From: a virus
Length of the DNA: 64,000 bases
IMG/VR virus record: IMGVR_UViG_3300031521_000011
Location: 96,001-160,000 of that record
Reading direction: 5' to 3' (one strand)
A program made the position numbers and the translations under genes. The notes beneath the pieces were generated by a model that saw only the letters and a list, made by a program, of their open reading frames with translations, made no database searches and had not been told where the DNA came from. Below, piece after piece: positions 19,763 through 32,229 of the stretch; position 1 is the first letter of the stretch, and every line of letters begins with the position of its first letter.

Positions 19763-20441
19763 GACTACAGATACATGGGTGGAGAAGCTTGTGACCAGGG
19801 GAAATTTGGAATATGACATAATTGACAGCAGGAGGGTTTCTAAAATCCTCTTGGTATGTCAGAATCCAATACCCAGCACGATTCATATATATGAGAGCGG
19901 ACCCGACTTTATGCTTTACACGCACAACAAGATACGCTGGATTGGAAATGATAAGCCGACGGAATCAAGCCAGTATAGTATCATATATATTGTTCAGGAC
20001 GTTTCTAACCAGCAGTATAATATAGATAACTGTCCTGTATGTGGCGGCAATGGGTGGTATGCAGGGATCATAGATGAGGTTACTGGCAAGTTTGAAATTG
20101 TTTCAGGAATTGATAAACTGACTCAAGATGTAATTAAGTTTATCCTTACAGTCCAAAAGGGAAACTATGGAACAACGCTTAAGTCTATCATAGGAAAAAA
20201 TATGTCTAATGAAAGTGCGCTGCGAGAGCAAATTACATCTACCATCTCCATAATGGAGCAACAATACAAAGAGACTCAGGCAAGCGCCATCATGGAAGGC
20301 ATGGAGGTTTCAGACAGCGAACTTCTTGATTATATTTATGTCTCGGAGCTGGAAATCGACAGTGAAGCGGCATCGGTGTATATAACAATACATGCATATA
20401 GCGTGTCTCGAGAGAGCGCAAAAGTAACGTTAAAGGTATGA
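19713..20441 (+). CDS. Baseplate wedge protein with gp25-like C-terminus
   Basis: CPVCGGNG, then VSGIDKLTQDVIKFILT...YGTTLKSIIG gp25-like region; upstream of baseplate J. Confidence 0.65.
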   Translation: MAQTLKLIHSCPHMQAKTTDTWVEKLVTRGNLEYDIIDSRRVSKILLVCQNPIPSTIHIYESGPDFMLYTHNKIRWIGNDKPTESSQYSIIYIVQDVSNQQYNIDNCPVCGGNGWYAGIIDEVTGKFEIVSGIDKLTQDVIKFILTVQKGNYGTTLKSIIGKNMSNESALREQITSTISIMEQQYKETQASAIMEGMEVSDSELLDYIYVSELEIDSEAASVYITIHAYSVSRESAKVTLKV

Positions 20442-20452
20442 GGTGATAGATC

Positions 20453-22231
20453 ATGGCAGATGTTTCGTTGAGAATTACCGATGTCATTGAGATGATGGCA
20501 GGTTATATGAGAAGTAGGGTCAGGGCTGAGTATCCCGATATTGATGTATCGGATGGCAGTCCATTCGACGATATCTTCATAGCTCCTATGAAAGAAATCT
20601 TTTCCCCATTTGTGACTATCGTTAATGAGATTGAAATTCGTAACGATACTCCGAATGCTGCCGCATTGCCAAAGGCGATGCTTGATGAGCTTGGACAAGG
20701 AAGTTACTTTATGGTGCGCAGGGCCGGATCAAAGGCCACCGGTGAGGTAATATTTTCTTTCAAATCCATATCAGACACTCTCAACCTGATAATCCCAAAG
20801 GGGGTTATGCTCAGCACGAATGATGGATACTCCTATCAGGTATTTACTAGATTAGAGCTCTCACCGTTAGAGCTGTATGCGATGTATAACACCACAACCT
20901 TTATGTATGATATTCCCGTGCCAGTCGAAGCTCTCGATTTTGGCGAAGAATACAACGTAAATGCATACAGAGTTACCACCGTCGACACTGTATTTAGCAC
21001 AAGTCTTGCTTATGTTAAAAACATATCTCCAATGACCGGAGGAGCTTCAGAGGAATCCAATGAAGAATATTGGGATAGAATCAAATCCTTTTATATCTCC
21101 AGGCAACTTGGTACGATCCCGGGGTATAAACAGTTCATTTTTGAAAACTTCCCAGAGATTGATGAGATATATGTATCCGGCCTCGGTGATAAGTATATGA
21201 CCAGAGACACTATTGAATATACAGATGATGGCGTAAATAAGACCGTGACTGCTGGCGGTAAAATTGATATATATTTAAGGGGTGGTTCCTATAGCTCAGT
21301 AAAGAGTCAGGGCATAGCTAGAAACCTGAATCTACTGATTCAGGGAGCTATATATAGTACCATCGATATTACAGGAATTTCCGTATACAGGCTTGCTGAT
21401 GGACCTGGACATCCAAAAGGGCGCACCGTAACTGAGTTCAGTCCGGGGACCGGACTTTCAACGCAGGCGCTTGTTGTTGTTGCAAGCACAGGCATATCTG
21501 TAGGAGATACTCTATGTGTTAGCTATTCCTATAGTCTTGATGGCGGCACTACCACGCTTACATCAACAGAAACATTTCCAATAAAGCTGTTAACGATACC
21601 GCTCTCTTGTCCTTTTGAGGATATTATATCGATTCGTAATCTGACCCAGAATTACTACGTTGACATCTCCAACAATGCAAACTACAACATTACCACTATC
21701 AGTGATTTAGATTATGAGAATACTTCCAAGGAAGAAAAGACCATCACGATAACTGATGCCGGCAGGCATAATGGGGATGTTATGGAGGTTGTCTATTCCT
21801 ACAACCAGACAATAAACGTTCTAAATAACTTCTTCAACATAGAAGAGAATAGGATCGTAACAACAGACATTCTGCTCAAAGAAGCGCTTATTAAGTATAT
21901 TAACATCTCCATGGTAATACACATGGGACCCGATTATACATATACCTCTGACATTGCCACAAGCCTCAGAAACTCAGCAGAGCAATATTTTGGACAATTG
22001 ACCATGGGGCAATCTGTACAAGAGCCTGACTTGATCAACGCACTATATACCAATGAAAATGTTGGCGGAGCGATCGCCTACATCAACTTCCCATTGCAGG
22101 CTATGTATGTGGCAGTAGATCCTGATGCAGAGATTAGCTATAGTGCCAGGGTAGGCACATCACCAATAATCATTACGACTGAAGAAAGACAGTACGCACT
22201 GCTGAATAAAGTCGAAATTGAGGTTGTGTAA
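20453..22231 (+). CDS. Baseplate J-like wedge protein
   Basis: DVSDGSPFDD, RRAGSKATGEV, IPKGVMLST, TGGASEESNEEY motifs. Confidence 0.85.
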   Translation: MADVSLRITDVIEMMAGYMRSRVRAEYPDIDVSDGSPFDDIFIAPMKEIFSPFVTIVNEIEIRNDTPNAAALPKAMLDELGQGSYFMVRRAGSKATGEVIFSFKSISDTLNLIIPKGVMLSTNDGYSYQVFTRLELSPLELYAMYNTTTFMYDIPVPVEALDFGEEYNVNAYRVTTVDTVFSTSLAYVKNISPMTGGASEESNEEYWDRIKSFYISRQLGTIPGYKQFIFENFPEIDEIYVSGLGDKYMTRDTIEYTDDGVNKTVTAGGKIDIYLRGGSYSSVKSQGIARNLNLLIQGAIYSTIDITGISVYRLADGPGHPKGRTVTEFSPGTGLSTQALVVVASTGISVGDTLCVSYSYSLDGGTTTLTSTETFPIKLLTIPLSCPFEDIISIRNLTQNYYVDISNNANYNITTISDLDYENTSKEEKTITITDAGRHNGDVMEVVYSYNQTINVLNNFFNIEENRIVTTDILLKEALIKYINISMVIHMGPDYTYTSDIATSLRNSAEQYFGQLTMGQSVQEPDLINALYTNENVGGAIAYINFPLQAMYVAVDPDAEISYSARVGTSPIIITTEERQYALLNKVEIEVV

Positions 22232-22232
22232 T

Positions 22233-23789
22233 ATGGACATAAAGGCGGTTTCAGATCAGTTATCCAATTTCTACAAAGACTATAGTGGAAATCCAGAAAC
22301 CATGAATAGGTTTTTTGAGATATTCGCCGGAGCTGTAGATGTTGGATGCTCCTATATGAAGGGTATCAAGAGGAACAGTATACTGAGCACCATCGAGACA
22401 TATCGCAAGGTGCCTTATTTCGCTATGAATATCTCTTCGATATCCTATTCTCTAACCAGCCTTTTAGCGAATCCATACACGGAAAAAGGTTTAGGATTAA
22501 CTCGGTCTACATTATCCTCGAGGATTGAGCATTGGAATGCGACAGCAACAGTAGATCAAAAAGTAACGATATTAGATCAGGCATGGCTATACTGCACATT
22601 AAGGTTAGATCTTGAAGATGACGTTCAGGATGAGGGCCAGAAAATATATGGATCTGACGGCGTAATTATTGATTTAAAGGTGGAAACCGTTGGTGGGATC
22701 GTTCTGCATCCTGAAAAGGACTATGTTCTCAGGGACCATAGATTCTATTTACTGAATGATATCGGAAAAATAGATGATGCTAAAGACATGATTGTACTTA
22801 AGGATATTTTGATTGACTACAATATTTCATATAATAGGCTTGGCCTGTTTCTCAATGCCCCGTATCAAAATATAATTTCAAAGCCTGAATACACAGCAAT
22901 CAATAAGGTATTTTTGCAAGCTGCGCTGAAGGGTTCTACAATTAAAAATATCAAGGAAGCGATTGCTGCAGCGTTCGGTTGGAAATCCGCGCAGGTATAC
23001 GACATGGAATCTAACCTTACTGCCGTGCAGCAGGCATACTGGACATCTGGGGCTTACAGTCCGTATCACTTCATTATCAGCATGCCGGTTGAGTATTATT
23101 CAGATAGCGCAAAAATTGCAATGCTGGACTTCTATCTGTCGGTAATTACGCCGGCATATACAAAGCATGTCATCCAGTGGTCGGATTTGGCGTTTGAGAC
23201 TATGGGCATTGCGGAAACTCAATCATTCAAGTTGACGCATCCGCCAGTCAATGATACTATGATACTTAGAGATGCAGTAGTTCCAAAAGCGTATGCTTTG
23301 GTGGAAAAAATAGAAACTGTAATATATCAGGAATTATCTGGATTTGACTCCAATGTCATTATCGGTGTTGATGGAGCCGTTCAGTCAGATCAAGATGAGC
23401 CGGTGCATGTCCTTCTTGAAGGGGAGACGACCGATCCGGGTCCTGGTATTATCGAAGCGGGAGAGTGGACAGATACGGTTGGGGTTAACCTAATCACTTT
23501 TCCTCAGATACCTCTCTTGGTTTCATGTACGGTAAATGGTACCATCGCAAGCATAAAATTCAAGAATATATGTGTTGGAATTGCCTACTACCAAATCTTA
23601 AAAAATGGTATTGAGACAGGCAGAGTAACCCCAGATATCCCTGGATCAGGTGAACAACTTGAGTATCAAGAGTCTCCAGGTCATGGAACATTCAGATATT
23701 CCATTAGGGCGGCGTGGATACCATTCCCAACAAGGCCTACCGATGTACAATATTCGCTTGAGTGCCCAAAAACAACACTTACATTATAA
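22233..23789 (+). CDS. Baseplate wedge/gpI-like protein
   Basis: Follows J; KGSTIKNIKEAI and ITPAYTK motifs. Confidence 0.6.
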   Translation: MDIKAVSDQLSNFYKDYSGNPETMNRFFEIFAGAVDVGCSYMKGIKRNSILSTIETYRKVPYFAMNISSISYSLTSLLANPYTEKGLGLTRSTLSSRIEHWNATATVDQKVTILDQAWLYCTLRLDLEDDVQDEGQKIYGSDGVIIDLKVETVGGIVLHPEKDYVLRDHRFYLLNDIGKIDDAKDMIVLKDILIDYNISYNRLGLFLNAPYQNIISKPEYTAINKVFLQAALKGSTIKNIKEAIAAAFGWKSAQVYDMESNLTAVQQAYWTSGAYSPYHFIISMPVEYYSDSAKIAMLDFYLSVITPAYTKHVIQWSDLAFETMGIAETQSFKLTHPPVNDTMILRDAVVPKAYALVEKIETVIYQELSGFDSNVIIGVDGAVQSDQDEPVHVLLEGETTDPGPGIIEAGEWTDTVGVNLITFPQIPLLVSCTVNGTIASIKFKNICVGIAYYQILKNGIETGRVTPDIPGSGEQLEYQESPGHGTFRYSIRAAWIPFPTRPTDVQYSLECPKTTLTL

Positions 23790-23801
23790 GGAGAAAGATG
23801 T

Positions 23802-24308
23802 ATGAATACTTTTGAAGAAACATTCCCGATGAGGGGCAGCGTATCAAAAATTCTAAGGGATAGAGACTGGAACGTTGTTGAGCAACATATTGAGCATAAC
23901 GTTATTCTCAATATTGGAAAAAACTTTATCCTGAAAGTTTTGACGGGAGAAATGGCTGGTAGGTTTATCGCAACGATGGAGGTCGGCACCGGCGGTGTTG
24001 ATCCAGCTCATCCATTTGTTGCCCTTGAAGCAAACTCCACCAATATCGGATTAGCCATTCCAATAGCTGGCGGTAAAGGAGAAAAGTCCATCGATTCCTT
24101 TACCTATAATGGTACATCTCCGGAGCAATCAGTAACATTTCGCGCTGTGTTTCTCAGTTCCACTGTGGATGCAACCGTATCGGAAGTTATTTTGAAATTC
24201 AATTCTGCAGGCAGCACGCCAGCAGCGCGACATACATTCCCCTCCATGTACATGGAGGATATTTCAGGATATTCACTCGAGATTTCATGGACATTAACAT
24301 TTGCATAA
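23802..24308 (+). CDS. Tail fibre attachment/collar-type protein
   Basis: HNVILNIGK...MEVGTGG...SEVILK...ARHTF...ISWTLTF pattern typical of fibre-attachment proteins. Confidence 0.65.
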   Translation: MNTFEETFPMRGSVSKILRDRDWNVVEQHIEHNVILNIGKNFILKVLTGEMAGRFIATMEVGTGGVDPAHPFVALEANSTNIGLAIPIAGGKGEKSIDSFTYNGTSPEQSVTFRAVFLSSTVDATVSEVILKFNSAGSTPAARHTFPSMYMEDISGYSLEISWTLTFA

Positions 24309-24326
24309 TGTATCTACAGGGAGGAC

Positions 24327-25757
24327 TTGACGATGTCAGCTATAATTGATGTAAAATATAAGGCACAAATCACCAGCCTTACTTTCAACAGTAAGCTGGA
24401 TGCGCTATACGGTGCATCCGGTATCGTGGAAGGTATGGCTGTTACTCCCGATACTGGATTAAGAGTCGTAATTGGCGCCGGCCACTATATTATCGGTGGA
24501 GTTTCCTTATATGAAAATGGGACGATTAGTCCTGGAAACCCATTTCTTTTGGCGAGTTCACCGCCACTCGTTACGACGGTATATTACGTCATTGCTACTT
24601 ATGACCATCTGCTCTCCACTGTAGAATATGCTATAACAACCAATGCTGGCCTACTTGGCAATCCTAAAATAATCAAACTGGCTACTGTGACGTTGGCGCC
24701 CGGCGCTGCCTCTGTGACCAGCGGGAACATCGTCAAAGGATACGTCTTACTGAGAATTAAGGAACTGTCAGATCGCATGTACAATAAGCTGGATGCCATC
24801 GCTGCGAGTGATGACACATCAAGCGATACGGCGCTGACGAAATTGGTGTCCGATGCTCAGATGAAAAAATTGACCACCCTATCTCCGCATCCGGTATTCG
24901 CGGCATATTCCCAGGTAGATGATGGTACCGGTATCACGTTCTATACGGATATCAATGTAAATACGAACGGACATGTTATTGGCGGGCACCGGAAAACAAT
25001 CACAAAGCTGGATATTACAAATCTAGGCATTCCAGGTAGTAATACCACATATGCCGGATTTACTGACGACTCCACTAATGCTACCAGAAGCAAACTAGTC
25101 AGTGATCTTGAGATGAAGAATCTGGCTGACTTAATGAATGACGCGCTCACCTCAGTTCCGATAGCTTCAGCCAGCGACGTTGGCGGTGTGAAAATAGCTG
25201 CGCCTATGGCAATTGCCAATGGTATATTGAGCTTGGCCGGCTATAGCTCAGCAACAAAGGTTGTAGATAGCGCCACTGGCCACAAGCATTTGCTGGCAGA
25301 GTCAGACATTACCAATCTGGTTAACGACCTATCGGCGAAAGCAACAACCGCCTATGTTGACCAGAAGGTCGGTGAAATCTCCAGCGGCCTGGTATGGAAA
25401 GATCCAGTCACAAACTACGCCAACATTGCTACGACATACCCATCACCTCAGGATGGATGGGTTGTTTCCGTAACAAGCACGGGTAACACCTATAGGTACA
25501 GCGGAACGACTTCGACATGGGTGTTATTTAACCTGGTAAGCATCCCACTTTCCTCCGCCACGGTAGATGGATTGATGGCGAAAGCACACTATACCGCGAT
25601 GACCGAACTGATCAGTGGATTGAATTTGAACGCAGCCCGATTCCATAAACACAGCTGGGATCAGCTTACATCGGTTCCAACGACATTTACACCGGCAGCC
25701 CATGGACATTCTGATCCTGACACGGCTGGCAGGTTGGTATATGCTGTTTATGCGTAA
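24327..25757 (+). CDS. Tail fibre protein
   Basis: GIVEGMAVTP baseplate-binding N-terminus, HKH/HGH metal-knot motifs, DGLM repeats. Confidence 0.7.
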   Translation: MTMSAIIDVKYKAQITSLTFNSKLDALYGASGIVEGMAVTPDTGLRVVIGAGHYIIGGVSLYENGTISPGNPFLLASSPPLVTTVYYVIATYDHLLSTVEYAITTNAGLLGNPKIIKLATVTLAPGAASVTSGNIVKGYVLLRIKELSDRMYNKLDAIAASDDTSSDTALTKLVSDAQMKKLTTLSPHPVFAAYSQVDDGTGITFYTDINVNTNGHVIGGHRKTITKLDITNLGIPGSNTTYAGFTDDSTNATRSKLVSDLEMKNLADLMNDALTSVPIASASDVGGVKIAAPMAIANGILSLAGYSSATKVVDSATGHKHLLAESDITNLVNDLSAKATTAYVDQKVGEISSGLVWKDPVTNYANIATTYPSPQDGWVVSVTSTGNTYRYSGTTSTWVLFNLVSIPLSSATVDGLMAKAHYTAMTELISGLNLNAARFHKHSWDQLTSVPTTFTPAAHGHSDPDTAGRLVYAVYA

Positions 25758-25775
25758 ATCTGGAGAGGTATAGGT

Positions 25776-28724
<2,949 letters not shown>

Positions 28725-28761
28725 TATATCGAATATCAAAGAATTAAATGGGGAGGAAATA

Positions 28762-29343
28762 ATGAAATCTGAATGGGAACAAGCAACAGATTGGGAAAGG
28801 GAATGGCACGGAAACTGTGTCAACTCATACCAAGAGGAGACTAAACAGATTGAATACGCAAAACGAATGGGTCTGGTTATCGAAGGTAGAGATGGAAGAT
28901 ACCCTATTATCGATTTCCATGACAAATCTGTTATCGACGTTGGAGGTGGACCATATTCATTGCTACTCAAGGGAATCAATCTGCATGGAACCGTGCTTGA
29001 TCCTTGTAAATACCCTCAATGGGTATACCAAAGATATGCGGCGGCCGGAATCCATATCATCGAGATGAAGGCTGAGGACTACTGCAATCCACGCTATGAC
29101 ATTGGGCTTCTGTATAACTGTCTGCAGCATACAGAAAATCCAAAGAAGATCATTGAAAATATGAAAAAGATGTGCGACTTGATTTATATCCATGAATGGC
29201 TAGATACACCAATATCGGATGGCCACATACAGACAATCCGGGAAGCGGATCTTAATGAGTGGTTAGAAGGAATTGGAATGATTGGATATGAACGCTGGAG
29301 CGACACTGTTGTAACGCCGTACTACTACGGATTGTTTATATAG
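28762..29343 (+). CDS. Class I SAM-dependent methyltransferase
   Basis: VIDVGGGP motif I and YNCLQH motif; GGAGG RBS before ATG 28762. Confidence 0.8.
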   Translation: MKSEWEQATDWEREWHGNCVNSYQEETKQIEYAKRMGLVIEGRDGRYPIIDFHDKSVIDVGGGPYSLLLKGINLHGTVLDPCKYPQWVYQRYAAAGIHIIEMKAEDYCNPRYDIGLLYNCLQHTENPKKIIENMKKMCDLIYIHEWLDTPISDGHIQTIREADLNEWLEGIGMIGYERWSDTVVTPYYYGLFI

Positions 29344-29361
29344 AAAGAAGGAGTAAGCAGA

Positions 29362-30477
29362 ATGGAGAAACCAACAATTCATGTTATAGGGATGCCGCAT
29401 ATTCAAACCTCAAAAGCATATTGCAGAGATGCTTATGGAATGAAGATACTTCATTTTTGCCAAATGATGCATAAAGAAGGATACAAAATCATGCTTTATG
29501 CCAGTGAGGATAATGAGACGCCTGCCGAATTATTCACATGCATCACTAAAGCTCAGCAAGCCAAGCTGGGTTTTGAAGGCCCTGAAGACTATCTGAACAT
29601 ACAGTTCGATGTCACCAAGCCTATCTGGCAGATATTTCAGTCCAGAGTGACTTATTTTCTGAATAAAAATGTAAGTCCCGGAGACATCATTGGTACATTC
29701 TCTGGGCTTTGCGACAAATCCATTGCTGACGCCTTTCCGCAATGCTATTTTGTAGAACTCGGGATCGGGTATTCTGGCGTATTTTCTGGCTTCCGCATCT
29801 TTGAATCTTATGCCTGGATGCATACGATTTACGGAGCATCCACCGGAAACGCATCTGCAACAGACGGCAAATTCTACGATACTGTGATCCCGAATTATTT
29901 TAATCCCGATGATTTTCCATTTAAAAGCGAAAAGGAAGATTATTTCCTATTCGTCGGGAGAATGATCTATCGGAAAGGAATTGTCATCATCAACGACATG
30001 GCTAAGCGTATGCCAAATACTAAATTTATCTTTGCAGGACAAGGCGCCGTTCAGTATAAAAACAAAATAGGTTGTAGCGATGGAACTGTTCTTGAGGGGG
30101 ATAACCTGGAGTATATCGGAACTATCAATATAGAGCAGCGTGGTAAGCTGATGAGCGGAGCAAAAGCTCTCATTGTGCCTACTATTTACATCGGACCTTT
30201 TGAGGGCGTTCATGCAGAGGCTATGTTTTGCGGAACGCCCGTAATAACCACGAACTTTGGTTGCTTTACAGAGACGAATATCGATGGTGTTACTGGATAC
30301 CGATGCTCTACGATCAAACAATTCGTTGAAGCTGCAAGCAAGGTATCATCCCTCGATCCTATGAAGATACGGGCTCATGCCCTGTCAAAATTTTCTATGG
30401 ATAGTGTTGCTCCTCAATATACGAAATATTTTGAGCAAATTCAGGGTTTAGCTAACGGCGGATTCTATGAAATGTAG
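29362..30477 (+). CDS. GT4 (GT-B) glycosyltransferase
   Basis: VIPNYFNPDDF, LFVGRMIYRKG, GPFEGVHAEAMFCGTPVIT, DGVTGY. Confidence 0.85.
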   Translation: MEKPTIHVIGMPHIQTSKAYCRDAYGMKILHFCQMMHKEGYKIMLYASEDNETPAELFTCITKAQQAKLGFEGPEDYLNIQFDVTKPIWQIFQSRVTYFLNKNVSPGDIIGTFSGLCDKSIADAFPQCYFVELGIGYSGVFSGFRIFESYAWMHTIYGASTGNASATDGKFYDTVIPNYFNPDDFPFKSEKEDYFLFVGRMIYRKGIVIINDMAKRMPNTKFIFAGQGAVQYKNKIGCSDGTVLEGDNLEYIGTINIEQRGKLMSGAKALIVPTIYIGPFEGVHAEAMFCGTPVITTNFGCFTETNIDGVTGYRCSTIKQFVEAASKVSSLDPMKIRAHALSKFSMDSVAPQYTKYFEQIQGLANGGFYEM

Positions 30478-30533
30478 TTGAAAACTGGCGCACTGAAAGA
30501 TTATTAGGTATACTTAGATTCGGGGTGATAATT

Positions 30534-32108
30534 ATGGCTTTCGTAACGGCTGGCGTTAAAATCTACGCCACCAACTATAATAGAGTAAAGGGCAGAATAG
30601 CAGCTGAGTTAGCTCGGCGTGGATTGACATCCACATTGAGAAGCAATGTTACCGCTGGAATAAAGATGCTGGCAACTGATATGTCTAGCCTTCAAACCAA
30701 TATTAATAAGATTGCCACGCACTATTCTTCGCTTATGGCGGCTGGTACTAAAATCAGAGCTTCTGACTATAATAACCTGGATGACCAAGTGCAGGCGCAT
30801 GTCAACTTTGATATTTATTCGCTGGTCGCCACGGATTGCGCCTCAAGCTGTACCGGTGGATGCTATACCGCCTGCTCAGCAAGCTGTAAAAATACGTGTA
30901 CCGGTAACTGCTCAACGTCCTGTAGCGGAGCGTGTGGTGTTGTCTGCACCGCTTCATGTGGTGGCTGTGGCGCAGGCTGTTGGAGTACCTGCGCGGCGGG
31001 ATGCGCTGGCTGTAGCGGCACCTGCAATGGATGCACTGGACAATGCTCATCAACATGCAAAACGGCATGCGCCGGCTGTGGAACGAGTTGCGTGACGGCA
31101 TGCAGCACCGGATGCAATGGATGCACCGGGCACTGTAATGGATGCACTGGTCAATGTTCCGCCAAATGCGCTACTGTATGCGCAAGCTGCTCTGGACAGT
31201 GTAGCAGCGCATGCGCCGGTGGATGTCATGGATGCTCAGGACAGTGCGATACAGACTGCACAGGGGCCTGTACCGGGCGTTGTCTTACCGTATGCGGTGT
31301 ATGTGCCTCTAGCTGCTCAAGCGCTTGTAAGGGCTGCAGTGGGTGTTCTACGTCATGCGGATCTAACTGCTCGACGAACTGTGGTACAGATTGTGCTGGT
31401 GGATGCAATACCAACTGCACTGGCTCATGTACTTCGACCTGTTCTATAGCGTGCTATAGTGTTTGCGGGGGCTGCTCTAACGGATGCGCCAGCTGTACTG
31501 GAGGATGTCAGGGTGCCTGTAAGGGATGCGATACGACGTGTAGCACAGGATGCAGTGGGGCCTGTAAGGGGTCATGCAACAACGGCTGCACTGGTTGTGA
31601 TACAGTATGTACAGGCGGCTGTAAGGGATGCAGTGCATGTGGAAATGGAAGCTGCTCTCAATCATGCGGAATCGCGTGTTCGTCCTGCAAGGGTGCATGC
31701 ACTGGTTGCTCAACCGGATGTTCTACAAGTTGTAATGCCGCATGCACTACTGGTTGCGGAAGTACCTGTGATAATAACTGCGCCAGTGATTGTGAAGGTG
31801 GATGCACCGGTACCTGTAATGGCTGTTCTACCACATGCACCGGCGGATGTTCAACCGCCTGTACGGCTTGTGGTGGAAATTGCGATAATAACTGCGCCAG
31901 TAATTGCGAGGGTGGATGCACCGGTGGATGCACGGCATGCAATACTACATGCAGCAGTGGGTGTAAGGCAACCTGTAAAGATGCATGCGGCGGATGTGCG
32001 GCCGCATGCCTGGGTGGCTGCACTGGATGCGCCGCATTATGTACAGGTGGCTGCACTGGATGCAGCTCCAACTGTATGGGTTCATGCAAAACGGGTGCTA
32101 CTACCTGA
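30534..32108 (+). CDS. Giant Cys-rich CXXX-repeat protein (putative radical SAM substrate; fibre-like N-terminus)
   Basis: ~100-aa Cys-free N-terminus with three AGxKxxA repeats, then about 111 Cys (manual count) in CXXX/CXX periodicity; adjacent to a radical SAM/SPASM gene. Confidence 0.85.
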   Translation: MAFVTAGVKIYATNYNRVKGRIAAELARRGLTSTLRSNVTAGIKMLATDMSSLQTNINKIATHYSSLMAAGTKIRASDYNNLDDQVQAHVNFDIYSLVATDCASSCTGGCYTACSASCKNTCTGNCSTSCSGACGVVCTASCGGCGAGCWSTCAAGCAGCSGTCNGCTGQCSSTCKTACAGCGTSCVTACSTGCNGCTGHCNGCTGQCSAKCATVCASCSGQCSSACAGGCHGCSGQCDTDCTGACTGRCLTVCGVCASSCSSACKGCSGCSTSCGSNCSTNCGTDCAGGCNTNCTGSCTSTCSIACYSVCGGCSNGCASCTGGCQGACKGCDTTCSTGCSGACKGSCNNGCTGCDTVCTGGCKGCSACGNGSCSQSCGIACSSCKGACTGCSTGCSTSCNAACTTGCGSTCDNNCASDCEGGCTGTCNGCSTTCTGGCSTACTACGGNCDNNCASNCEGGCTGGCTACNTTCSSGCKATCKDACGGCAAACLGGCTGCAALCTGGCTGCSSNCMGSCKTGATT

Positions 32109-32131
32109 TCTGAATGGTCCGAACACACTAC

Positions 32132-32169
32132 AATATCTGCCCGAATCAGTTCGAGCAGATATTTTTTTC
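32132..32169 (+). terminator. Rho-independent terminator after Cys-rich gene
   Basis: AATATCTGCCCGAA-TCAG-TTCGAGCAGATATT followed by T run. Confidence 0.75.
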
Positions 32170-32198
32170 TTGTCAACCTATCTGTCCTGAGGTATAAT
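32170..32198 (+). promoter_or_regulatory. Sigma-A-type promoter for the radical SAM gene
   Basis: TTGTCA-17 bp-TATAAT; GAGGT RBS before ATG 32230. Confidence 0.75.
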
Positions 32199-32229
32199 AC
32201 GACCAGAATCAAAAAATAGCGAGGTAACT

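Noticed and set aside
30534-32108. Reading the Cys-rich protein as a metallothionein, keratin-like protein or eukaryotic contaminant
   Set aside because: It is contiguous with phage genes, has a bacterial RBS, and is adjacent to a SPASM maturase and a second CXXX peptide; metal binding remains possible but does not explain the context
30712-32212. Several alternative-frame and antisense ORFs over the Cys-rich gene
   Set aside because: By-products of the repetitive TGY-rich sequence; the 30534 frame has the RBS, the periodicity and the terminator
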